DNA from: Leptonemataceae bacterium | GTDB taxonomy: Bacteria; Spirochaetota; Leptospiria; Leptospirales; Leptonemataceae | Length of the DNA stretch: 64,000 nucleotides | Assembly (NCBI GenBank): GCA_965227295.1 | Contig: OZ245742.1 | Location: 3,904,001 to 3,968,000 of the forward strand | Direction: 5' to 3' | In this document: positions 47,275 through 60,856 of the stretch, piece after piece | Layout: the number at the start of each line of letters is the position of its first letter | Numbering within the stretch: position 1 is the stretch's first letter | The notes under the pieces: generated by a model | Told to the model about the DNA's origin: nothing | Databases searched by the model: none | What the model saw: the letters and a program-made list of their open reading frames with translations, nothing else | Position numbers and translations under genes: made by a program

Positions 47275-48056
47275 TGTCCGGTCGGCGCATCCTGGTGTCG
47301 AACGACGACGGCTATGACGCGCCCGGCCTGCGTTGCATTGAAGCAAGCCTGGCCGCTCTCGGCGAGGTCTGGGTCCTCGCCCCGGATCGCGAGCGTTCGG
47401 CTACGTCCAACGCGCTGACGATTCGCGAAGAACTCATCTTGAAACAGGTGGGCGAGCGTCGCTTTTCACTGAACGGCTATCCGGCGGATTGCGCGAACGT
47501 GGCTTTTTTTTCGGGGCTGCTGCCGCCGTTTGATCTGGTGGTTTCGGGCATCAATCACGGGCCGAACCTGGGCGACGACGTGCACTACAGCGGCACGGTG
47601 GCGGTGGCGCGCCAGGCCGCCGTGCACGACATTCGTGCCGTGGCCATCAGTTGCGCGCACTACGATCCGTCGGAACTGCATTTGCAGCGAACGGCGAAGT
47701 GGCTGGCCGCCTGGCTGCGGGAAAACCTGGACGGGCTGCGCGTCGGGAACGTCTACAGCATCAACTTTCCGCCGGAAACGCCGGAGGTTACGCTGGACAC
47801 ACCGCTCCCGGACGTGCGCTATACGTATCAGGGCAAGCGCACTTATAAAGACGAGTATCACGTCCTGGACGGAGAGGGGCACTGGCTGCTCCGCCTGAAA
47901 GAAACGGAGTTCGGTCACGTGAAGCAGGACCACTCCGACAGCGAGGCCGTGGCGGACGGATTTGTTTCGGTGACGCCCCTCAGCACGTTCACCACGGATC
48001 GGCGGGAATTGCATAAATGGTTCCGGAAGACGAGAACGAAAACGACTTCGAGCTGA
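47274..48056 (+). CDS. surE: 5'/3'-nucleotidase SurE
   Basis: ILVSNDDG..APG, GYPADC, DLVVSGINHGPNLG.DV.YSGTV and VSVTPL motifs. Confidence 0.96.
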   Translation: MSGRRILVSNDDGYDAPGLRCIEASLAALGEVWVLAPDRERSATSNALTIREELILKQVGERRFSLNGYPADCANVAFFSGLLPPFDLVVSGINHGPNLGDDVHYSGTVAVARQAAVHDIRAVAISCAHYDPSELHLQRTAKWLAAWLRENLDGLRVGNVYSINFPPETPEVTLDTPLPDVRYTYQGKRTYKDEYHVLDGEGHWLLRLKETEFGHVKQDHSDSEAVADGFVSVTPLSTFTTDRRELHKWFRKTRTKTTSS

Positions 48057-48763
48057 GTCCCGAAGCGGCCGGCGTCGACTTTGAGGTCGGCGAAACGTCC
48101 GCGGTAGACGGGGACGCCGGCCAGGACTTCGAACACAAGATCCTGGAGCGGATCCTCGGTCTCAAGCAGATGATCAAGGACGGCCTCGGCGGTCCCATCG
48201 AACTGCACGAGCTGGGCATTTGTTATTTTCATCTGCATAACTTTCGCCAGGCATCGCAGTTCCTGGCCGATCTGATCGAAGAGTACGGGGACTACGTGGA
48301 GATCGCCTCGGTGATGGCGCTCCAGGCGTTGTGTTTGATCGAAGACCGGGAGTTCGCGGCGGCCGAGAAGATTTTGAACGAACGTGTGAATCGCTACGCC
48401 ACCGATACGCGGCTCATCTCCATGCTGGCTCACGTCTACGAAAAGACCGGCCGGGAGCTGGACGCGATTCAGATGCACCGTCGGGTGCTGGAGCTGGACC
48501 CGGACAGCATCAACTCCCTGAACAGCCTGGGCTATCTTTTGACATTGCACGGCGAACGTAAGGATCGCATGGAGGCCTTCGATTGTCTCAAGCGCGCTCT
48601 ACAGCAAAAGCCCGATCATCCGGCGTACCTGGACAGCTTCGGTGTCTTTCTTGCAAAGCACGGGGATCGCCAGCGGGCGCGCCGGGCGTTGCTGCGAGCG
48701 TTGCAGCGCGCTCCGGGGAACGCGGAAATTCTGGCGCACATTCGTGAGTTGCTGGAAAAATAG
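48017..48763 (+). CDS. Tetratricopeptide repeat protein
   Basis: TPRs including SLNSLGYLL and PAYLDSFG; overlaps the end of surE. Confidence 0.85.
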   Translation: MVPEDENENDFELSPEAAGVDFEVGETSAVDGDAGQDFEHKILERILGLKQMIKDGLGGPIELHELGICYFHLHNFRQASQFLADLIEEYGDYVEIASVMALQALCLIEDREFAAAEKILNERVNRYATDTRLISMLAHVYEKTGRELDAIQMHRRVLELDPDSINSLNSLGYLLTLHGERKDRMEAFDCLKRALQQKPDHPAYLDSFGVFLAKHGDRQRARRALLRALQRAPGNAEILAHIRELLEK

Positions 48764-48824
48764 AAAATAATCTTGCCCTCGATTCGGTGGACGTTAAGTG
48801 AGAGTATCTGGAGGTTCTCATTTT

Positions 48825-49406
48825 ATGAAACGTACGATAGCATCCCTTCTCGTTGTGTTGTTGCTGATTCCCACGATGGGCAGCCGCTGCTTCGGCGGTT
48901 TTGTTCTGACGCGCAAGTGGCACGGCTTCATCAGCGGCATCAACAATAAATGGCTGCGCTGGATTGTCTTTCTGATTACGTGCATCGTCTACGGCATCGC
49001 CATCTGGGTGGATGCGATTATCTTCAACTCCATCGAGTTCTGGAGCGGTTCGAATCCCATGGCTCACGGCGACTTCGACGAGAACGGCGAGTTCGTCCGC
49101 GTCCAGGAGAAAGACGGCGAGAAAGTCGTCTACACCTACCGCCAGTACGGCGAGGTGCTTTCCATCGACATGTACAAAGACGGCGACTACCGCGGGAACA
49201 TGACGCTGCTGCGCTCGCAGCCGGGCGTCTTCTATCGTGATGTGGACGGTCGTTTGGAAGAGCTGGACGTCTCGCGTCTGAACGCGGGCGATCGTCAGGT
49301 CATCCACATGCGCGCGAACGGCAAAGTCGTAGAAAGCCGCGAAGTAGAAACGCGGAAGTACTACGAAATGTCCCGCGAATTCGAAGGCGCCGCTCCGGCG
49401 TACTGA
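48825..49406 (+). CDS. DUF3332 family protein (probable lipoprotein)
   Basis: GGAGG RBS; signal peptide then CFGGFVLTRK; NKW and D.IIFNSIEFWSGSNP motifs. Confidence 0.85.
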   Translation: MKRTIASLLVVLLLIPTMGSRCFGGFVLTRKWHGFISGINNKWLRWIVFLITCIVYGIAIWVDAIIFNSIEFWSGSNPMAHGDFDENGEFVRVQEKDGEKVVYTYRQYGEVLSIDMYKDGDYRGNMTLLRSQPGVFYRDVDGRLEELDVSRLNAGDRQVIHMRANGKVVESREVETRKYYEMSREFEGAAPAY

Positions 49407-49416
49407 GAAGAGGGTG

Positions 49417-49531
49417 ACCACCGAGGCTCCGAGGTCACCGGGGGAAGAGTGGGAGAGATTTCGTAGCTGATTGCATTCAGGTAATGATCGCTCTCTGGTT
49501 TTTTACTCAGTGTCCTCGGTGCCTCGGTGGT
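49417..49531. repeat. Inverted pair of CACCGAGG-type repeats around a 60-bp spacer (REPIN-like)
   Basis: ACCACCGAGGCTCCGAGGTCACCGGG (49417-49442) and CTCAGTGTCCTCGGTGCCTCGGTGGT (49506-49531). Confidence 0.8.
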
Positions 49532-49549
49532 TGATTCGATTTCGCTTCA

Positions 49550-50470
49550 TTGAAACTCGAACAGGAAACCGTCGGCCCGTTCTCGAAGTTCACGTTCACC
49601 AAAACGATCCCCGGGCAAAAGGCCTCGTCTGCATTGAACGTCTTTCGCCTGGGCGATACGCTCATTGACGGCGGCAGCGAATCCGCCGCGCCGTTTTTGA
49701 TCGAGGCCATGGCCGAAGATCCGCCGCGGCGCATTTTGCTCACGCATCAGCACGAGGATCACATCGGCGGACTCGGTCGGCTCGTGCAGGCCTGGGGACG
49801 CCTGCCGGTGCATGCTCCGCGGGAGCACCTGGAAATCATTCGCAGCGGTTACACCGTACCGCAGTACCGCATCGATCACTGGGGCGATACGCGGGCTTAT
49901 CCCGATCTGGAGCTGATTCCGTACGACGCCGGCGATGTTTACAATGCGGGCGGTTTTGATTTGGAGATTCTGGACACGCCGGGTCATACCCCGGGGCACA
50001 AGTCGTTCGCCTTAAGAGACGGTGAGCGCATCTTTGTGATCAGCGGGGATCTGTATCTTGCACCGCGCCTGCCGAATGCGTTTTTCGAGACCTCGGTGCC
50101 GGACATGATCGCGTCGCTCGATCGCCTGGCAGCTCTGGGCGATGAGTTCACGCTGATGCCGAGCCACGGCGGACCGTACTCCGACGGCGCCAAACGCGTG
50201 CGGCAGTTGCGTGACTGGTATGTAAAGGAACGGGCCGCGATTCTTAAGATTCACCGGGAGCAGCCCGCCGCGGATTACAACGCGATCTTCCAGGCGCGGC
50301 ACGATTTCTACAATCCCATGGAGTTGCTGTCGCGCGGTGAACTCAGCCGTTGCGCCTTGATCCGCGGGGTCATCGATCCGGTGGTGGAGTTGCCCGCGAT
50401 GCCGATTGTGCTGGATGCGAAGTTGTACGCCGCGAGCCGGAAACGGATTGAGCAGCGGGGGAAAGGCTGA
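49550..50470 (+). CDS. MBL-fold metallo-hydrolase
   Basis: LIDGG, LTHQHEDHIGG (HxHxDH), TPGHTPGH, SGD and PSHG motifs. Confidence 0.9.
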   Translation: MKLEQETVGPFSKFTFTKTIPGQKASSALNVFRLGDTLIDGGSESAAPFLIEAMAEDPPRRILLTHQHEDHIGGLGRLVQAWGRLPVHAPREHLEIIRSGYTVPQYRIDHWGDTRAYPDLELIPYDAGDVYNAGGFDLEILDTPGHTPGHKSFALRDGERIFVISGDLYLAPRLPNAFFETSVPDMIASLDRLAALGDEFTLMPSHGGPYSDGAKRVRQLRDWYVKERAAILKIHREQPAADYNAIFQARHDFYNPMELLSRGELSRCALIRGVIDPVVELPAMPIVLDAKLYAASRKRIEQRGKG

Positions 50471-50538
50471 TGCTGAAATCTACTTGCGGCCATCCGTGCC
50501 CGCGTGCCGACGCACGCTGACATCTCCCGGCGGATCCT

Positions 50539-50826
50539 CTACATTCCCCGCAATTCGTAGACGCGGATGCCTTTGATAAACGGGCACTTCGCCGCGATCT
50601 TCTCCGCGGCGTCCAGGTCCGGGGCTTCGATGATGTTGTAGCCGGTGATGGAATCCGGTCCCCAGGGGAGTTCTGTGACGCCGGCCGCGGTGATTTGCCG
50701 GCCGCCCATGAAGCCGCTCTGCGCGACGTTGACGTCGGTGATCGAGGCGAACCATTCCTTCCAGGCTTCCATGATTTCGGGCGTGGGTTGTTCGAATCCG
50801 TAGTGCAACAACAGGAATTGCTTCAT
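50539..50826 (-). CDS. YciI family protein
   Basis: MKQFLLLHYG, MEAWKEWF, ITGYNII.A.DLDAA..IA..CP and IRVYE motifs; start at the ATG at 50826. Confidence 0.85.
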   Translation of the reverse strand: MKQFLLLHYGFEQPTPEIMEAWKEWFASITDVNVAQSGFMGGRQITAAGVTELPWGPDSITGYNIIEAPDLDAAEKIAAKCPFIKGIRVYELRGM

Positions 50827-51091
50827 AAATGCAGGCTCACTCAAAACACAAGTCTCCCACCCCCGTGGGTGGTTTGGTGGTGGGTGATGACTGGTGTACT
50901 TTTTAAAGGCGCGGCGCTTTAGGTCAGTCGGCTTTAGCAGAGGTTTTCGCATCCGTCAACCCGGAAAATGTCACACCCCTGTGCGATGATAGCGTGGGGG
51001 AATCTACGCTATGGGATGGTCAGAATCACTTTGCCGGTATGCCGGCCGTCGCCGAAATATTGAATCAAGGCGCCCCGTGCGACGCGATAGC

Positions 51092-51838
51092 TTACGCCAT
51101 CTTGCGCGCAATTTCCGCCGGCCGCGCGACAGCGATCAGATGATCCCCGCGTTCGAAGATAACGTCGGGCTCCCGCCGCTTGCGTACCCGCCGTGCGGAG
51201 ATTACCGGATCACGCAGGCCCATCATGAAAAGCGTATCCTTCGTGAATCCGCCGGCGATCGCGTCGCGCAGCTCGTTCTCATCCAGGCCGCGCCGCCATT
51301 GTCGGATCATCTTCGCCGCACGAAAGATCAGCGGCGGCGGCAGTTCCCGGGACATCTGCGCGAGGCCCTTCGCCCAGGGCGACGGTCGGAAAAACGGAAA
51401 GAGCCGGGCTACGGTGTTTCGCATGGGCCGGTACGCAAACGCCGGGACGAGGTCCGCGGCGCGCGCGAGCTTGCCGGCGACATTCGAAAGATCGGCGCCG
51501 CAAAACGCCGTGGAGATGAGGACAAGTCGTTTCGGCTGCAGCAGGCCTTGCGCGATCCATTCCTGGGCGATCATGCCGCCGAAGGAACAGCCGACGAGTA
51601 CGTCCGGTTCGCTAATAAAACTTTTTCTATTGTTAGTGGGCCGGCTGTAATCATCGAAGAGGCGCGCCGCGAATTGTCTCAGGGACTCACGACGTTCCGG
51701 CGCAATGTACTCCACGTGCTCCGCGACGATGGGTTGTTTGCGTCGGGTGTTGATGTGATGGATCAGCGGGTCGTACATGGCCCCGGTGGCGCCGAGGCCA
51801 GGCAGGAAAACGTAGCGTGCTGCGGAAGATCGAACCAT
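51092..51838 (-). CDS. Alpha/beta hydrolase
   Basis: FLPGLGA, GCSFGG (GxSxG), G.RDPVI and GDH motifs; start at the ATG at 51838. Confidence 0.85.
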   Translation of the reverse strand: MVRSSAARYVFLPGLGATGAMYDPLIHHINTRRKQPIVAEHVEYIAPERRESLRQFAARLFDDYSRPTNNRKSFISEPDVLVGCSFGGMIAQEWIAQGLLQPKRLVLISTAFCGADLSNVAGKLARAADLVPAFAYRPMRNTVARLFPFFRPSPWAKGLAQMSRELPPPLIFRAAKMIRQWRRGLDENELRDAIAGGFTKDTLFMMGLRDPVISARRVRKRREPDVIFERGDHLIAVARPAEIARKMA

Positions 51839-51866
51839 GTTCTGCGTCAGTATAACGTACCGGCGC

Positions 51867-53084
51867 TCACCAGTCGATCCCTGCGCCGGCATCGAGCAGC
51901 GCCGCTCCGAAATCGCGGCCGAGATAAGTACTGTTGGCGAGCACGATGAGGGCGAGGTCATCCTCCGGGTAAATCCGCAGATGCGCCGTGAAGGCGGCGC
52001 CGGCTCCGGCGTGAGCGATGTAGTGGCGGCCGCGAGGATCCGTGCGTTGAAACCAGGCGAGGCCCATCTTCGCCGGCGTGCCGTCCGGTGTTTCGGTGGG
52101 CAGTCCCGGGGCGAGCATCGATCTTATGCTCTCCGGTTTTAGAAGCGTACCGTCGTCTTCCAGGAACGTTACGGCAAAACGCGCGAGGTCCGGGGCCGGG
52201 CCGATCAAACCCGTGGCGCCCTGTTGGTCGGAGAAGACCGTGTTGAACCAGATGCGTCCGCCGGAGTCTTCGCGATACGCGCGATCGGTATCGATGTAAA
52301 ACGGCACGATGCAACGCATGATGTCCCGGGGATGGGAGCCGGTCATTGTCAGCCGGGCGCGGCCGACGTCGAAGGCGGTGGCATCCATGTGCAATGGCTC
52401 CAGGATTTGCCTGCGCAGGTACGTCTCGTAGTCTAGGCCGCTTTTTTTTTCGATGAGTGCGGCCAGAACCACGTAGCCGATGTTCGAATACGCGGAGCGA
52501 CTGCCCGGTGTGAACTGCAATTCGTTGTAGTTCGATAACTTATCTTTAACAAAACTTAGCTGATCCAGGCCGCGGCCGCCGCGGGCCGCGCGGTCTTCGG
52601 TGTAGTGGATCCAGCCGATGATCTCCGGACCGGTGTTCGGCAGGCCCGAGGAATGTTGCAGGAGTTGGCGGATCGTCACGGACGCGTGCCGCGGATTTTT
52701 GTCGTCGACGATGGTGCCGAAGAACGGCAGGTGTTTCGCCACCGGGTCGTCGAGATCCAGGGCTCCGCTTTCCGCGAGTTGCAACACGGCCACGGCGGTA
52801 AAGGGTTTCGTTACGGACCACCATTGCGAGGCGGCGTCGATGTGCATGGGCGTGTTGCGCGGCCCGTCGGCGAGTCCGGCGGCGTGGCTGTAGACGATGC
52901 CTTTGCGTCGAGCGGCAATGAATGTGAGCCCCGGCGGTTCTCCGGTCGCGGTAAGATCATTCAAGAACTTCGTGAACTCCGCCGGAGTGCGCAACGAAGC
53001 GGGCACGTCCATGGCCGGCGGGAGGACGGCACAGCCCGCGAAGAGCAACAGGCCGCACGAGAAACACACAGTGATTCGGTTCAT
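51867..53084 (-). CDS. Serine hydrolase, beta-lactamase/AmpC-like, lipoprotein
   Basis: Lipobox LFAGC; SVTK (SxxK), LLQHSSGL, YSN (YxN) and HAG motifs. Confidence 0.92.
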   Translation of the reverse strand: MNRITVCFSCGLLLFAGCAVLPPAMDVPASLRTPAEFTKFLNDLTATGEPPGLTFIAARRKGIVYSHAAGLADGPRNTPMHIDAASQWWSVTKPFTAVAVLQLAESGALDLDDPVAKHLPFFGTIVDDKNPRHASVTIRQLLQHSSGLPNTGPEIIGWIHYTEDRAARGGRGLDQLSFVKDKLSNYNELQFTPGSRSAYSNIGYVVLAALIEKKSGLDYETYLRRQILEPLHMDATAFDVGRARLTMTGSHPRDIMRCIVPFYIDTDRAYREDSGGRIWFNTVFSDQQGATGLIGPAPDLARFAVTFLEDDGTLLKPESIRSMLAPGLPTETPDGTPAKMGLAWFQRTDPRGRHYIAHAGAGAAFTAHLRIYPEDDLALIVLANSTYLGRDFGAALLDAGAGIDW

Positions 53085-53091
53085 GGGAGGA

Positions 53092-54237
53092 TCATAACCG
53101 ATCCACGGGAGTCGTAGTCCTGGCTTCGGAAGTTCGGACTCGTTTTAGTGATCGCTTGCGGTACTCCGCCGGTGTGATCCCGCTTATTTCTTTGAACACG
53201 GAGTGGAACGAGGACTTCGACTGAAAACCCGCTTCGAAGGCGATGCGCAGGATCGAGTACTCCGCGAAGGCCGTATCAGCCAGCAGGCGCCGGGCTTCTT
53301 CGATGCGGTAGCCGTTGACGAAGGCAAAGAAGTTCTTTCCGTAGCGCCGGTTGATGAAACGCGACAAACGGTGGATGGGAACGCCGAGCGCGTTCGAAAG
53401 ATCCTGAATCGTCAGATCATCCTGACGCCAGGAACCTTCGCGCATGTACGCTTCCAGGCGTTCTGCCAGGTCGCGATCCGCGGTGGGATCCGGAACATCG
53501 TCCGGCGCGGATGCCGTCGTCGCCTTAAGTTCGGGGGCGTCGTCCCTGGCAGCAAAGGCGCCGCGGTAACCGACAGCGAAGACCCAGAAAGCGACCAGGA
53601 CGTAGAGTGACTGATCAAAGAGCGGCCGGCCGACAATCAACGCGCCGCTGCGGAGCAACAGCGCCGCCGTCCAGATCGCGGCGTTGATGGCCAGGGCCAC
53701 GCCCGGCCAGACGTCACGACGGGAGTAGTAGGCCTCGCGCCGACGCCGACGTTCACGGAGAGGGATTGCGATCGCCGCGATGGTGTACGCCAGTCCCGCG
53801 GCGATGATCGTGAAGTCCAGGATCGCAAATACCGGCGCTTCGCCGCGGAGGTAATTTGCAAACAGTGCGGCCTTATGATCGGCACTCCTCAGAAAAAACG
53901 GGGACTGATAGATTTTGAGTCCGATGAACGGCAGCGTATGGATCACGTCGATCGGACGCAGGCCGCCTCCGCCGGCGAGGGCGCGCACGTAGAAGTAGAG
54001 CATCGGCCCGTGCAAGATCGGCAGGCCGTAACGGATGCCGATGAGATGCGGAAACATGAGGACCAGGCCTTCCGTGTACAGGATGGTGCTACTGAGATCG
54101 ACGGCGAGCAGGACGAGCCAGGCGGCCAGGATGCGGTTGGCGGATTGGTTGCCGGCATTGCGTCGGAACAAGAGAGCGAGCGCCAGGATCAGCGAATGGA
54201 CGGCGGCGAGCTGGAGGATGATGGTGGTGGGGGACAT
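53092..54237 (-). CDS. Membrane-anchored AraC family transcriptional regulator
   Basis: About 6-7 TM helices; C-terminal NFF.FVN.YRIEEA and IAFEAGFQSKSSF HTH. Confidence 0.92.
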   Translation of the reverse strand: MSPTTIILQLAAVHSLILALALLFRRNAGNQSANRILAAWLVLLAVDLSSTILYTEGLVLMFPHLIGIRYGLPILHGPMLYFYVRALAGGGGLRPIDVIHTLPFIGLKIYQSPFFLRSADHKAALFANYLRGEAPVFAILDFTIIAAGLAYTIAAIAIPLRERRRRREAYYSRRDVWPGVALAINAAIWTAALLLRSGALIVGRPLFDQSLYVLVAFWVFAVGYRGAFAARDDAPELKATTASAPDDVPDPTADRDLAERLEAYMREGSWRQDDLTIQDLSNALGVPIHRLSRFINRRYGKNFFAFVNGYRIEEARRLLADTAFAEYSILRIAFEAGFQSKSSFHSVFKEISGITPAEYRKRSLKRVRTSEARTTTPVDRL

Positions 54238-54287
54238 GATACCGTGGTGACGATGTCCGATTGCCTGATGGGATCTTACAACTCTTT

Positions 54288-54388
54288 GCGCCAGGGATCG
54301 GAAGGGTCGCGCGTAGCGCGAGTCTCGCCGCAGGCGAGACCGGAGCCCTGGAGAGCCCGACCGCCGCCGCAGGCGGCGGGGGCGCCCA
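54288..54388 (-). repeat. Multi-hairpin dispersed element, copy E
   Basis: Reverse complement TGGGCGCC...GTCGGGCTCTCCAGGGCTCCGGTC...GACT...ACCCTTCCGATCCCTGGCGC; lies just downstream of carB. Confidence 0.9.
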
Positions 54389-54427
54389 AAAAAGGATTTT
54401 TGCTAACTCTTCGTGATCTATAGTTAA

Positions 54428-57823
<3,396 letters not shown>

Positions 57824-58013
57824 AATAGGTAATGGTAGAATTTTTCAGCAGGGATGTCTGTCCAGTGAAATGGGCGGGCGGATGGGTGTTCCGTTGCCTG
57901 AAAAATAGGCAGATTGCGGTTAGAAGGCAAGGGGATTGGCTCCGAGGACGCCGAGCGGAAGATGGGGAGGGTGGCGAATTTTGCACGCGCGCGTGCGAAA
58001 TTGGGCGAGTGGG

Positions 58014-58568
58014 TTATGGGGTGGCGAAGATGTCGGCGATGTCTACGGCGAGCTCCGGCAATACGGTCGATTCGATCAACCCACGCTCGCGCAATTCCCG
58101 GGCTGCTTTGAATTGCCCGTCTTGCAATCGCAGAATCCGCAGCGTTCGTTCCGCGGGATCGACGATCCAGTACTCGCGCACGCCGTACTGCTCGTAGCGA
58201 GCCTGTTTCTTTCCGAGATCGTAGTGCGCATTCGATGGCGATAGCACCTCAACCACCAGGTCCGGCGCGCCCTCGATCTTGACCGCGCCGATGATGCTCC
58301 GGCGTTCTTCAGAAATAAAAATCACGTCCGGCTGGTAGGTGTTCGTCTCGGAGAGATATACGTCGATGGGAGAGATGAATACGTCTCCGCCGCCGACCTC
58401 CTTCAGGTGGGCCTTGATCTGCCAGTAGATTTCTCCGGCAATGCGTTGATGATGCGGCGTGGGCGAGGGACTCATAACCAGATCTCCGTCGATGAGCTGA
58501 TATGCCGCGCCGTCATCTAATCGAGCGTAGTCTGCATAAGTCCGGGGTGTCTTCGTTTCCGGCGGCAT
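58014..58568 (-). CDS. Uma2 family (DUF820) putative endonuclease
   Basis: YQLIDG...SPSP..HQ, QPD, GAPDLVVEVLSPS...D...K and GVREYWIVDP motifs. Confidence 0.93.
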   Translation of the reverse strand: MPPETKTPRTYADYARLDDGAAYQLIDGDLVMSPSPTPHHQRIAGEIYWQIKAHLKEVGGGDVFISPIDVYLSETNTYQPDVIFISEERRSIIGAVKIEGAPDLVVEVLSPSNAHYDLGKKQARYEQYGVREYWIVDPAERTLRILRLQDGQFKAARELRERGLIESTVLPELAVDIADIFATP

Positions 58569-58706
58569 GGCTGCATTGTAGCACAGGGGCGAACCGAGTC
58601 AAGCCAGGTGGTCGCACTAAATACAAAAATTCCCCATCGCACCGTCGAAAAAGTGTACACCAAAATGTCATGACAGCGTTCGCGCGATGCCCATGCTGTC
58701 GCCTGC

Positions 58707-59846
58707 ATGCACGCCTTTCTGTATGTGACCCTGCCGGCGATTTGCCTGCTCATTGTCTTCGCGGCCGGTGAACTCGCGGTTCGTAACATACGTCGGCAAA
58801 ACGTCTGGCTTGCGCTGATCTTCCTTGCCTACGCCCTCGTATTGCTGCGCGCCTTTCTATTGTTCTCCGGCTGGATGCCGGCGGTACCTCTGTTGTACGA
58901 ATCCACGCTGCCGGTAAATTTCTGGATCGGCCCGCTGATCTACATCTATCTGCGCGAGGCTTTGGGTTTGCATCGCGCCGCGCATTCATCGCTGACGAAT
59001 CTGCGTGAAATCCTGCCGCACTTCGTTCCCGGCGTGCTGGTCTTCGTGTTGACGATCCCCAACGTGATGCAGCCCGGCGCGAGTACGATCGAACGCATCG
59101 CCGTTGCCGGGGCGTTCTTTGACGGCGCGGCACATGGTTTGTTTTCGGATCCGTACCTGCTCCTGACCCCGCTCGCGCTCATCCATGTTGCGATCTACCT
59201 GGCCTTGCTCGTGCGTTCGATGCTACTGCTGTTGAATCTGGAAACGCTGCGCCGCCAGGCAACGGTGCGCGCCTTTCTGTCCATGACCGCCCTGGCATTG
59301 ATCAGCACGGGCTGCGCCTTCGCGGGCATACTCTTCGCGCAACGAGAGCTGGTGGAGTTCGCCATCGGTCTGCTCGCGCTGGTGGTGCCGTTGCTGTATG
59401 TTTATCAGAAGCGCTATCCGGATCTCTTTGACGTGCTGGAGGGGCTCCTGCGTACGGAGCGCGAAAAGCGGGCGCGCTATCTGCAATCGCAGTTGGCCGG
59501 CGTGGATCTGACGAAACTGGAGCGACGGCTGACGGAGTTGATGGATGCGGAACACGTGTATCGCCGGGACGATCTCACGCTGCCGGCTCTCGCGGAGTTG
59601 CTGGATACGACGCCGCATCGATTGTCGGAGTACCTGAACAGGATCCGGCAGATGAGCTTCTCCGAGTACGTGAATCGCCGTCGGGTGCAGGCGGCCCAGG
59701 TCCTGCTCCTGGCGGAGCGGGATCGCACCGTGCTCTCGATTGCGTTCGAGGTCGGCTTCAATTCCAAATCCGCTTTTAACAAAGCTTTCGTTCGATTCAC
59801 GGGAGACAACCCGGCGCAGTTCCGAAACCAGGGAGTGAATTCATGA
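58707..59846 (+). CDS. Membrane-anchored AraC family transcriptional regulator
   Basis: TM region; SFSEYVN.RRV..A and IAFEVGFNSKSAFN.AF HTH. Confidence 0.92.
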   Translation: MHAFLYVTLPAICLLIVFAAGELAVRNIRRQNVWLALIFLAYALVLLRAFLLFSGWMPAVPLLYESTLPVNFWIGPLIYIYLREALGLHRAAHSSLTNLREILPHFVPGVLVFVLTIPNVMQPGASTIERIAVAGAFFDGAAHGLFSDPYLLLTPLALIHVAIYLALLVRSMLLLLNLETLRRQATVRAFLSMTALALISTGCAFAGILFAQRELVEFAIGLLALVVPLLYVYQKRYPDLFDVLEGLLRTEREKRARYLQSQLAGVDLTKLERRLTELMDAEHVYRRDDLTLPALAELLDTTPHRLSEYLNRIRQMSFSEYVNRRRVQAAQVLLLAERDRTVLSIAFEVGFNSKSAFNKAFVRFTGDNPAQFRNQGVNS

Positions 59847-59920
59847 GGCGCGCGCAATTTTTTTGGGCTCACTTTATAAGTCCGGTCGATCGAGCCGGAC
59901 GAAGCCGTTAAGATATCGTC

Positions 59921-60322
59921 ATGAAAACAGCCATTCGCATTCTCACGGTCGATTCCCTGGCCGGCCTGGCAGTGGGCGTCCTGACCCTGGCGCTTACGCC
60001 GTTGCTCACCGGGCCGTTCTTTCAGTGGCCGATCGAATACGTCTTTTTCATCGGCGGGGCCAACGTCCTGTACGGTTGCTACTCCGGTCTGCTGGTGTTG
60101 AGCCGGCGTCGCCTCGGTCGCGTCCCGGTGGCCGGCGTAATTCTGTTGATCATCGCCAACAGCGTCTGGGCCGGGCAGTGCTTCGCGCAGATCTGGTGGC
60201 TGTCCCACGGTAAACCGCCGATTCTGCTGCTCGTGCACATGGGCCTGGAGGCGCTGTTCGTGCTCGGCCTGGCGTTCGTTGAGGCACGGGATGTACTGCC
60301 GGCGGTGGGCGAGCGGAACTGA
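59921..60322 (+). CDS. Small four-TM hypothetical membrane protein
   Basis: 133 aa; hydrophobic; ANVLYGCYS, IIANSVW and EALFV.GLA.VE motifs. Confidence 0.75.
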   Translation: MKTAIRILTVDSLAGLAVGVLTLALTPLLTGPFFQWPIEYVFFIGGANVLYGCYSGLLVLSRRRLGRVPVAGVILLIIANSVWAGQCFAQIWWLSHGKPPILLLVHMGLEALFVLGLAFVEARDVLPAVGERN

Positions 60323-60382
60323 TTCGCCGGATCCGCTAAAAATTCTCGACGCTATCGCGGCCAGACAGGACACCCGAATTCC

Positions 60383-60841
60383 ATGAAGGTCGTGCGCCGT
60401 GTGCTGTTGATCCTTGTGCTGACCCCGCTGCTGTTGTTCGGCGGTTATCTCATCTACGCGCAAACGCTCATCGGCGTGCATCCGAAAACAGTCGCGTACT
60501 ATCAAAAATTATCCGGGGAACTCCGTCGTCGCAGGCACTCGCCGAACTACTTCATCTTAACCACGATCCGCCCGCGTTGGTTGAACGAGCTGCTGCGTCC
60601 TTTCGGCGCGGCACCGTTCAGCCGGCACGTGCACGCGGAAGCCGTGGACCTCATCGTCCTGGATGTGAACGGCGACTGGTCGGCCGATGCGAAAGACGTC
60701 GACATCGTCTACGATGTTTTGAATCGCGTGATCGTGCGCGACGGCGGCGGGGTGGGGACCTACAAGGGCGAGCCCTTATTTTTGCAATACCAGATGATTC
60801 ACTTCGATTGCCGCGGGCATCGGGCGCGGTGGCACCGCTGA
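60383..60841 (+). CDS. Peptidase M15-like (D-Ala-D-Ala/Hedgehog fold) protein with an N-terminal membrane anchor
   Basis: R...N...GAA..SRH-x6-D and GVGTY...IHFDCRG zinc-ligand pattern. Confidence 0.75.
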   Translation: MKVVRRVLLILVLTPLLLFGGYLIYAQTLIGVHPKTVAYYQKLSGELRRRRHSPNYFILTTIRPRWLNELLRPFGAAPFSRHVHAEAVDLIVLDVNGDWSADAKDVDIVYDVLNRVIVRDGGGVGTYKGEPLFLQYQMIHFDCRGHRARWHR

Positions 60842-60856
60842 GGCCCGCGGCAACGT

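Noticed and set aside
58014..58568. Uma2 nuclease as the mobiliser of the repeats or as a defence system
   Set aside because: No repeat copies flank it and it has no partner genes; Uma2 genes are commonly scattered singletons.
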